Below, one piece after another: positions 45,201 to 53,500 of a stretch of DNA of 64,000 nucleotides. The notes beneath the pieces are model-generated. The model did no database searches. It was not told where the DNA came from and saw nothing but the letters and a program-made list of their open reading frames with translations. The DNA is from Babesia bigemina (lineage: Eukaryota): NCBI RefSeq assembly GCF_000981445.1, contig NC_027218.1:1-64000 (forward strand). The letters are read 5' to 3'. The first letter of the stretch is position 1. Each line of letters begins with the position of its first letter. A program made the translations under genes and the position numbers.

Positions 45201-47682
45201 CTCTTCCGCCCTCTCCGCCCTCCTGTCCGCAATGCACGACCAACGCCACTTCTCCGCCGACGTCTCCCTGCGCCTCGCCGAACTCCAAGCCGCGCTCACC
45301 ACCCTCACCCCTACCGCATTCGCCGAGGCCTCCCCGCTGCTCAACGTCGTCAAGCGCGGCGTCCGGGCGTTCCACGGGGAGCTCGCGAAGCAGTACGTGA
45401 GCAGGTACTCGGGGAAACAAATTACTTGGGTGAAGGACGTTGGTAAACCTCCGAAATCTGAGCCAACTGAAGAAGCGTTAAAATGTGGTAAAGTATTTTT
45501 TAGTTGCTTACAAAGACTATTCGACGGTTTGCATGAGCTTTGGCAAAACTGTGCGAATAAAGCTGCCTGGGAGCACAAAACAATTTCGCTAACGGAAACT
45601 GCGCAACACGGTAATACAATCACCAATCCACTCGGAAGCTTTTTCAAGCGCAGCGGTTACACTGTCTGCTCAGGCCCGAACAAGCATAACGGTGAGCTGC
45701 GGAACACTGTGGAGTGCAGGGGCGGGCATATTCACCAGAAGTTGGATGCAAGCATAAGGGGCATTGATAGTAAAACGTACAAGCTTGTCACCAAGGAAGA
45801 CGAAGAGAAAGAAGATAAGGACAGCATACAAAATCATGGACTCCTCAAGAAGCTGTTCGACCACCTCCACGATTACTACACCGTTCGTCATTTGCCTCAT
45901 TTCGCCGCGAGGAAATATCCGTGCTCCGTATTTGACATGCTCAAGTGGCTGTGCGGCCTCACTTCCAGTACCGTCTACAACGACCTAACACTCAACGGCT
46001 TCGATGTGCTGTTTGAGAAAGACGAAAAAGAGACGGAGGCTGTAACTGATTTCGTTGTTGTGGAAGCCAAGCCCCCCTCTCTGTCGGCATACCCGTATGA
46101 CATCACTTCTCGTATATTAAGCGGTGAACTGGCAGAGGTTTGCCACTACTCGCAGGACGTGCTCACCTGTCTGCTTGGCAATGGTCACGCCGATGGCATC
46201 TACGCTTGTGAGTTCAATACCAACTACGACGGGTTCATGTATCCCGGTAATATGGACACGTTATTGTGTATGTTGCGTGAGATTGTAAACCGCGTGTACC
46301 TTCAGCTGCACTTCCTATTCCAACAGTGTCAGTACGGCACTTCGCTGAGCGGTTGGCTGGAATGTGAGTACGGTAGAGACGTCGGCGGCTCGTCATGGCA
46401 GTGCAATACCAACCAATGTGCTGACCAAAAGTGCAAGCAAATAGCTGACCAAAAGAGGAACCAAAACTGTAAGTTACACCCTAAGTGCGGAGTAAAATCG
46501 CCATTGCAATCCTTCCTTGAAGACGGTCTCCAGGGCTTCTTGCCGCATCAAATCAAATATGAAAAAGGCAAACTGGAGTGCAACGTTAAGTCTCATGCCG
46601 GCATACAGTGTATCACGCCGATGGGCTTTGCCGACATCAGTCACGTTGCTTCCCTTACGCAAACAGGGCACCGCATCGCGGATGTGCTTGCTGGCTTCTG
46701 CGGCAATCAGATGTCTCCTCTGGCTAAGATGTGCAGTCTACTGAATTGCGCTATTCTCAGTGCGCCGAAAACACTGGGTGAGATGTTCGCATTTTATTAC
46801 GGGTTCCTTGATGGGTACTATGATGGAAATACGAAACGCATGAAACATCGGGAACTGCCTTATGCGGAAGCTGTAAAAGATGCCAATTTCAAAAACGACA
46901 ACAACAGATTGGACATTACGTCGATGTTCAAGAGCTCTTCTCATGAATCCGTTCCTGCGTCTACCCATACCAACGGTGACCTGTTCTCCCTTGTTGGCTG
47001 CAATCCGAAGCAGAATCCAATCTTCCCCTGTGGACCGTATTTGCAATCTTTATCATTATCTATTCATTGCATGTTTTCTGAAAATCACGCTGATAAATAT
47101 TTGTCGTGGATTGTTTACCTGACTGAGACATTTTATGACCTGCTTAAGAAATTGTTTGAAGATTGCAAGAAGCATTGCGGTGGTGATAGGCCAAAATGCC
47201 GCGTTGCTAAGTGTGCTTCAACATGTAGCGTAACAACGAAAACCGCCACGCCTAGTCACGCTGACTCATGTGACAGCATCGCCAATTGCAAGGCTACGCT
47301 TCCTACTTTGTGCAGATATGGTTTCACGATTGGCAACCTATCCAAACTGAGCGGCATGGATGTTACATCACGAAAACGCACGTGCAACGATTTTTGCAAA
47401 ATATTAGGAAACGCCGTTATGGAAGGAAATACACTTCATACGTTGGCTCACAAAATTATTCCAGAATTCCTTTTCAAAATTCGGGAACCTTTTATATGGC
47501 TCAACGTCGCCCTTTGGTCATTATCTCTCTTCTACCTCTTCTGCGTAATGGTTGGCAGGCTGGATGTGCTGCACATCAAATCACACTTACGATCACCGTC
47601 ATCGCACAGGATAACGGCGCAGTCATTGTTGGCTGCAGCGCAAGTCGGAAGGCTTGCCAAGATATCGTATCTACAACCGTAA
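42235..47682 (+). CDS. ves1: ves1-family variant surface antigen, cassette 6 (continuous from the leader ATG)
   Basis: 1815-aa ORF with the conserved block, SPLQSFLEDGLQGFLPH, TM and GRLAKISYLQP tail. Confidence 0.9.
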   Translation: MTSINHPNNLCLVTLYFPSSTACHCPDRVPPRELGMKFDKILNLKITLNNNPTNILNNLCTGLETFLGFNSASKGYDGSGIVYSDLDRLCDGVMGFLFSIITDVKDDKNLTKYNNNIDTMLEKIKLAQYNRKNFDSSIREVSQGIKAWVRGVEERNESITKPLANLEKTLHGHASVEMDDNPITDQLSTWQGFSSIYLQEVEKSEIALDEIDDELRNEIAPKIELIKQVVDNFWNSVNDLGVYDSVKKLKDKFGAIPKIVNMEIGTQIQEVNNTLNDKFEKMFRDIHNLTQNKKSHINSIRKAVQSAKQLADTLVDDSTNVFDKKYKANISDRFNEIKAKIEKFCKVNGDGQPTLFSEFYKVRTKVEGLETDVRHGLGELKQEINGLTKDMNDSNLIVKEALQQLETDREPLYRLTFNGANSIVTLTKGLEGKFQKVIQQDLKSSISEVDNAIRKLGATFGVGVGGDKKLRSILEHLRTQIGTIKGSDYEDKGCSAIVARVKSYAAKFTKSKFGEKVLDGWIGDILKEDSVVKTRIEEYIKDNNGTNNRGMNGVGTNRFTNPLIKADELHNPLKTEIKTVLNSEVIQKATENFNDAQDSVEKNLNGLHGVCTAFATELGKVIDGKDAEIARQVDNQVRDNSKGVTEQSDLKTAVKYILQRLVSRANKFASDIGNLIKECEFSNVDAPSNTAVDLYKKLYDAMNAGVDGKLSEMRSKIRDLDNIFTKGVKNELQTETNNIERVLNNFNSNVKERIKDAAEKAIEQAVGKFGSNGIMNLEQLMGQFHQSERALQSSVKQIENQLNILKTFPSAVDSKRKNAEEIMKTLKTEVREISAKIEAIDPILIKAENVLGTAIQTLERSLEDTRKYTTLVLPLLQQNLQQHVTNSFNEMEEYVQEMFNAQRKAEFQSLKKSVDIQIPQIKSIIQSDMEKGLKGLMKNLKGPFAQLLNSGAHLSSYTKRVKEFFANLLEDLTRQSDVVKYHSPLLTPLSSALSALLSAMHDQRHFSADVSLRLAELQAALTTLTPTAFAEASPLLNVVKRGVRAFHGELAKQYVSRYSGKQITWVKDVGKPPKSEPTEEALKCGKVFFSCLQRLFDGLHELWQNCANKAAWEHKTISLTETAQHGNTITNPLGSFFKRSGYTVCSGPNKHNGELRNTVECRGGHIHQKLDASIRGIDSKTYKLVTKEDEEKEDKDSIQNHGLLKKLFDHLHDYYTVRHLPHFAARKYPCSVFDMLKWLCGLTSSTVYNDLTLNGFDVLFEKDEKETEAVTDFVVVEAKPPSLSAYPYDITSRILSGELAEVCHYSQDVLTCLLGNGHADGIYACEFNTNYDGFMYPGNMDTLLCMLREIVNRVYLQLHFLFQQCQYGTSLSGWLECEYGRDVGGSSWQCNTNQCADQKCKQIADQKRNQNCKLHPKCGVKSPLQSFLEDGLQGFLPHQIKYEKGKLECNVKSHAGIQCITPMGFADISHVASLTQTGHRIADVLAGFCGNQMSPLAKMCSLLNCAILSAPKTLGEMFAFYYGFLDGYYDGNTKRMKHRELPYAEAVKDANFKNDNNRLDITSMFKSSSHESVPASTHTNGDLFSLVGCNPKQNPIFPCGPYLQSLSLSIHCMFSENHADKYLSWIVYLTETFYDLLKKLFEDCKKHCGGDRPKCRVAKCASTCSVTTKTATPSHADSCDSIANCKATLPTLCRYGFTIGNLSKLSGMDVTSRKRTCNDFCKILGNAVMEGNTLHTLAHKIIPEFLFKIREPFIWLNVALWSLSLFYLFCVMVGRLDVLHIKSHLRSPSSHRITAQSLLAAAQVGRLAKISYLQP

Positions 47683-47828
47683 TTGTATTCACGTCTGTAA
47701 TTACTACACTCACTTACCATAGCTCACCTACTCACCTAACCGACAAACGTAGTCTAATGTCTCGAATTGCTCTAGCGGCAACCTGTGAACTAAATAGCGT
47801 AGAGATTAAGTGATGAGTGAACGACAAT

Positions 47829-47990
47829 GCAACGTGTTGACCTAGCAGCCAGGCTAAGTGCTAAGCTAGCAACCAAGCAAAGTGGTAAGCAAGCAACCAG
47901 GCAAAGTGGTAAGCAAGCAACCAGGCAAAGTGTTGACCTAGCACCCAGGCAAAGTGTTGACCTAGCACCCAGGCAAAGTGATAAGCTGGC
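47829..47990. repeat. 24-bp minisatellite (short)
   Basis: 6-7 units. Confidence 0.9.
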
Positions 47991-48486
47991 GGATGAACTG
48001 TCATTTGGTGGGTGTTGTAGCACGTTGATTGCCTGTTGCGTTGAGTTGTGCGTTGACTGTGAGAGGTGTCTGCGTTGCCCATTGAGTCAGTGTCACGTGA
48101 GGCTAGGTGATTGGTTGCTAACGTAGGCGGCCGTGAGGGCCGCGGCGGGTGACCTAAGTCGTCTGTTGCGAGTCACTGGCAGGGTGGCGTAATCGGCGTT
48201 GGCCAGGTTAAGTAGCATTTATAGGCGCCAATGTAGCGATTGTTAATATCACATTTAGGCACGTAGCCGACACGCTCCGCCAGTATGGCGCCGATACCGC
48301 GGCTCGTAGCACGGTGCTGCTGCACTGTGGGAGTTGAGCGCACGGGGTTCGCTGCAATTTTAATGGCGTTGCGAATAGTGAATAATTTAGAGTGACAGTT
48401 GGTGCTGATCACATGCGTCGCGTCAGGGCAGCTGTGGTATCCAGGGCAGCGTGGGTGTCGGTGGCCTGGGCTGGGGGGACACAGGG
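47989..48486. other. Conserved block, copy 2; includes candidate exon 1 at 48413-48486 (MRRVRAAVVSRAAWVSVAWAGGTQ-gg)
   Basis: Matches 22520-23001 with a short insertion near 48020. Confidence 0.7.
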
Positions 48487-48970
48487 GTGAGTGCCTTGGT
48501 GATGAGGGGACTGGCAGCGGCAGTGGTACGTGTTGCAGTTGGTGAGTGTGTTGCTTGAGTGATTGATACGTTCGCAGGTTGAGGGGACTGGGAGCGGCAG
48601 TGGTAGCTGTTGTAGCTGGTGAGTGCATTGCTACGTGATTGATATGTCTGCAGGTTGAGGGGAGTGGAGCGGCAGTGGTACGTGTTGCAGTTGGTGAGTG
48701 CTGCTTGAGTGGTTGATATGTTCGCAGGTTGAGGGGACTGTAAGCGGCAGTGGTACGTGTTGCAGTTGGTGAGTGTGTTGCTTGAGTGATTGATACGTTC
48801 GCAGGTTGAGGGGACTGGGAGCGGCAGTGGTAGCTGTTGTAGCTGGTGAGTGCATTGCTACGTGATTGATATGTCTGCAGGTTGAGGGGAGTGGAGCGGC
48901 AGTGGTACGTGTTGCAGTTGGTGAGTGCTGCTTGAGTGATTGATATGTTCGCAGGTTGAGGGGACTGGGA
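48487..48970 (+). repeat. ~76-bp intron/exon-like tandem repeat, 6 units, 227-bp higher-order period
   Basis: GTGAGT..GCAG segments at 48542-48577, 48619-48653, 48694-48727, 48769-48804, 48846-48880 and 48921-48954. Confidence 0.88.
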
Positions 48971-49519
48971 GGGGGAGGGAAGATGACGATAGGGGATCCG
49001 TGTACGTGTGACAATCGATGTCCACGCTTTGATTGTATATGTTGTCCATGGTGTTGTAAAAAATGTAAGAATGACGGAAGTTGCAGAGGATGTTGGGGAT
49101 ATTACTATATGAGCCTGCGTAAAAAGGAATGCCATTATAAAGGATGTGCTTCAAAAAAAAAGGAGTGTACAGACATTTACAATTGTCAATGTAATTGTTG
49201 TCGACGGAAATGTACAGCAAGGGATGCTGCCTGCAAGCAAATTCCTCCCCCTCCTCCTCCCCCTCCACACCCTCCCGCTCCTTCCCCCGGTGTTCAGGAT
49301 CCTGAAGCCAGTCTAGCGCTGTCATCGCCTCCCGAAGATGAGTCCCAAGAAAACAATTCTAATTTTTTCCCTAACCCCCAAGCAATCGCCGCCGTCATCG
49401 TTGGCATCATCGTCGCCATCATCCTGCTCGACCTGTGCATCTTCCGCTTCCCGGTGGGCCGCAACATCCGCGATTTCCTCGTCCGCAAGATACCCTTCTG
49501 CATCGCGTTCTACAGCTGA
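48956..49519 (+). CDS. Small Cys-rich, Pro-stalk, single-TM protein (tail type B); first ATG 48983, or spliced to exon 48413-48486
   Basis: 187-codon ORF: Cys/Lys-rich head, poly-Pro, hydrophobic helix AIAAVIVGIIVAIILLDLCIF, short basic tail. Confidence 0.7.
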   Translation: MRGLGGGGKMTIGDPCTCDNRCPRFDCICCPWCCKKCKNDGSCRGCWGYYYMSLRKKECHYKGCASKKKECTDIYNCQCNCCRRKCTARDAACKQIPPPPPPPPHPPAPSPGVQDPEASLALSSPPEDESQENNSNFFPNPQAIAAVIVGIIVAIILLDLCIFRFPVGRNIRDFLVRKIPFCIAFYS

Positions 49520-49641
49520 TATTAGCAATTGTTAGTGCGAACATTGTAATCCAAATTCCACTGATCACCTGACTGGCAACTGACATCTAATGTTCTAGAC
49601 AGAGTAATGAGCGCGTTGACGATAAATCACATGAGCAGTGA

Positions 49642-49779
49642 GGTGACTATAACCCCGCCCCTTACATCATCGTCCCCGTCGCCCTCATCATCCTAATCAT
49701 CTGCGTCATGAGCTTCTTTCGCATCCGGCCCTTCAACAGGGCCCGTGATTTACCGTTTTGCATCGCATTCTACAACTAA
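49642..49779 (+). pseudogene. Orphan TM-tail module type A (GDYNPAPYIIVPVALIILIICVMSFFRIRPFNRARDLPFCIAFYN*), no start ATG
   Basis: Manual translation; homologous to the C-terminus of ORF 23185-23652. Confidence 0.72.
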
Positions 49780-50565
49780 CTCTGACACTTTGTATTATCG
49801 CACTTATCGCACAGTACTCTGAAATGACAGCACACTGCTTCACTAATATGCTCTATACTTTTGCTCGCTATCACCCAGTGTCTACACTGCCACGCATGGC
49901 CTGACCCGGGTTTCTCGTTTCCCTGTCTAGCGTCTCACCCACTGGCGTGGGTTGCCGAAATTTGTTTGGCCAGTGAACCCGCCCAACGGTGACAGTCAAT
50001 CAGCAACTGAACCGCTTAACCGTCCTCTCAAATCCGTGTTGGTCGACGACTCCTCCACGCTGCTGGTGGCATCCCGTCTGCCCGGCATCATAAACCCTTG
50101 TCGGTTAAGTCCTGATGCCAGGCAGATATGTCATCCCTAGAACATGTCGGAAAATGTCTCCTCAGTGCCTAGGATAGAGATGTATATGATCGTAACACAA
50201 TCCACAACATGATTAATACGATAGCCATCTACCTAACGTGGTACTCACAGCCTCAGCTGCTGCAGGCATTAACTGGTTACGTGGATGGCCGCTGAGCTTC
50301 AGTCCGCTGACAGATGAGATGACGCAGCCATGTCTCCCAAGCAATGCGAACTAAATAAACATAAAACACTGTAATGCTTCAGCTACACTTTCTACCAACT
50401 CCCTGATTAGGTATTGCGTTAAACATTAGGTTAGGTGGTGGGTTGTTGGTTAGGTGGCTGAGTGAGCTAGGCAGTGGCAATTTTGTAGTTAAGTGTAACA
50501 TTAACGTGATTACTCGTGAGCAGGTTGCGGTATAAGGCATCTGTGAAAATCACACGCGGATGCGA

Positions 50566-53500
50566 TTAGGCTTGCAGGTACCATATCTTGCTGAGCTTGC
50601 CGACCCGTGCCGCGGCGAGTAATGATTGGGCAGCGATGCGATGTGATGATGGTGATCGTAAGTGTGATTTGATGTGGAGCACATCCAGTCTGCCAATCAT
50701 CACGCAGATGAGGTAAAGGAGGGAGAGGAGCCAGAGGGCCACGTTGAGCCAGATGAAGGGGGCGCGGATGGTGAAGAGAAATTCTGGAATGGTTTTGTAT
50801 GCTAAGATAAATAGAACACGATCTTCTTGTAATACATCCTTCAATGTTTTACAGAAATCTTGGCATGTACGTTTGGTTTTGTTGCCATTCGTGCCGCTGA
50901 GGTTCGATGAGCTTTTCAGTACGAAGCCATACTTGCACAGCGTTGGACGAGTGAAGTTGCACGCTGCGATAGATTTGCATTTGTCGTGATGTTCAGCGCT
51001 TTGAGACACCACACAATTTTTATAGCAGGTTTTCTCGTAGCAGCGTGATCCAGGAGTGGCACAGTTCTTGCAGCACTCATCGTATATGTTCTTAAGTAAT
51101 ACGTAAAAGGTCTCGGTAAGGTAGGTGATCCAGGTGAGATATCTGTCGGCATTTTTTTCGGAGAAAACGCTCCAAGTGTTCATGCTGAATGGCTGTAGGT
51201 ATCGGCCACAGTGCGATTTTGACAACGAGTCAGTACCGCAGGTGAGACTGAACAAATCACCCTTCGCATGATTGATTGAGTGGCCCCCGGAAAATATTGA
51301 GTCCACCTGCAACGCGTCGTAAAGTTGGTTTAAGTAAGCCTTGGTTACCGCATTATCAAATGCCAGCCTCCGGTGCGTGTCATTTTTATTCCAGTCTTTC
51401 AGCAAATTGGAGTAGAAAGAGAACATATCATCCAAAGTCTGCGGCACGCGCTGCATTAAGCATGTTAATTGAGCGCAAAGGTTTACCAACGGAGAATCCC
51501 GCTTACCACAGAAGCCCGTAAGAAGTTCTATAAGATGGGACCCTTTCTTCGTATGAGAAGCTTTAACACTTATGTCAGCAAAGCCCATGGGTGTTTTGCA
51601 TGGCAGACCCCTGTGGTTAGAAACGGCACAGTCCAGTTTGCAACCGGGCTTGGTAATCTTATGTGGAAGAAATCCTGCTAAGCCGTCTTCCAAAAACGAT
51701 TGGAGGGGCGATTTGAGACCGCAACTAGCGTGCTGATTACACGTTTGGTCAGCTCTTTGGTTGGCAATTTGGGTACACGCTTGACCGTCAATTTGCTTGG
51801 GGCATTGCCATGTGTTGCACCTCCATGATGATCCACCAACTCCTCGGCCGTACCAACAGTCTTTCCAACCGCTACTGTCGGGACCGTTGAGGCACTGCTT
51901 TAGCAGGAAGCCCATTTGGTGGTGTACTCTGTGCAATATATCAACTAGCATGTCCAAGCACGCACTGCCGCTAGTAGGATACGACAGATTGAGATTGTTA
52001 TTGAAATAGTCAGACGCATATACGCCGTCGTTGTGCCCGTGACCAAGTACAGCAGTGAGAACATCGTACGCGCTGTGACATACTGCGGTGAGACTGTCTC
52101 TCAGTTTTGTGCCTGTGATATCTTCTGGGTACGCGGACAAGGTTTCGTCGTCGTCCACTTTAAGTGAAATGCCGTCGGGGTCTGCCTCCTCTTCTTGCTT
52201 TGACTCTTCGAATAAACCACCGAAGCCGTTAAGCGACAAGTCACCGTACACCGAATTATACGTCAGCCCGCACAACCAAGCGAGCATCTGGAAAATGTTG
52301 CACGGCTGCTTCGGCGACTTTGCAGGGGCTAGGTGACAGACGTAGTAATAGTCGTTGAGATGAGAGAAAAGCTTTGAGATCACACCCTTATTTTTATAAT
52401 AACCGATGTATTTGTCGAACGATTTATGTTTGCCGGGATCTTCATTAAATTCACCATGTTTCTGGAAGTGTTTACCCAACCTAACAGCGACATTCCAGCC
52501 GATGTCGTCTCTGGTAATAAGGTTGGCAACATCGTATCCGAGGTCTTCAATAAATTTACGTAAATGCATGTTATTTTCTCCACCTTGAATTTTCTGTGTT
52601 CTCCAATCCGTGGACGCCTTGTAGAACAATGGATGCAAATTGTGGAAGAGCGTATAGAAAACGGTAAGGCATATTTTCTTCGCATTTTTGCTCTCCTCGG
52701 GTTCTTTGTTGGTGAACGTTCCATCCCACGTAATTGCCTTAGCACCGTCATACCTGCTCATGTACGCCTTCCTCATCTCGTCCACAAACTTACCGAGTCC
52801 ATCCGTAACACCGTCAAGTATTGGTGTGTTCCCCTGCTCGAATGATTGCGGTTTGAGCGTGTTTACAGCGTCCATAAGGTTAGAAAGCATGCCCGGTATC
52901 TTGTGATCGTATCTATTGGTTGTGATTATGTGTCCAATTAGCGTGCTAAGTGCAGAGTAAATTCTATTAATCTTAGTAGTGTATGTACTTTCAGGTTCCA
53001 AAGGATTTGGGTTCTTCTGGAGATTATTGTTTTCATGCACCCTCTTAATTTCGCTGTCGATAAACTTCTTAAGGGGCAAGAAGAAAGCCTCAAAGCCATG
53101 GCACAATGACCGTAAATCCACGGCGTATTGCAGCTTCTGTATGTTCTTAGTTGCCTCGCCTTCGATAGCGTTCATGAAGCCTTTAAACCCGATATCTAGA
53201 TCACTTTCTATGGCCTCTGGGAGCTGATGCAATTCGTTCCTCACTTTGGTGGAAAACGCATTTAACATGTATTTGATGGACGTGACGTATTGTTTCTGGG
53301 ATAGGTGGGTAAGGGATATACTAGTGGAGTTTAATTGATTTGTTACGTACGATTTGAGTTGCAAAATTGTTTGAGTCTTTAATTCGTTGGCATCTGTAGT
53401 AAGAAATCTATTGACGTCTTGGATTACCGTGTATAAGTTATCACGTTGCAGAGCATCGAGGTTATTTCTAATGGCGTTTAGCACGTTTCCAATGCGATCG

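Noticed and set aside
2430..47046. Many 60-290-aa ORFs overlapping the ves1 genes on either strand
   Set aside because: Shadow ORFs of long coding regions with no independent motifs.
48173..49325. Minus-strand ORFs of 127-320 aa (and 22514-23497 at the paralogous locus)
   Set aside because: They are antisense to the repeat and the Cys-rich ORF, and their frames are not consistently preserved between the two copies.
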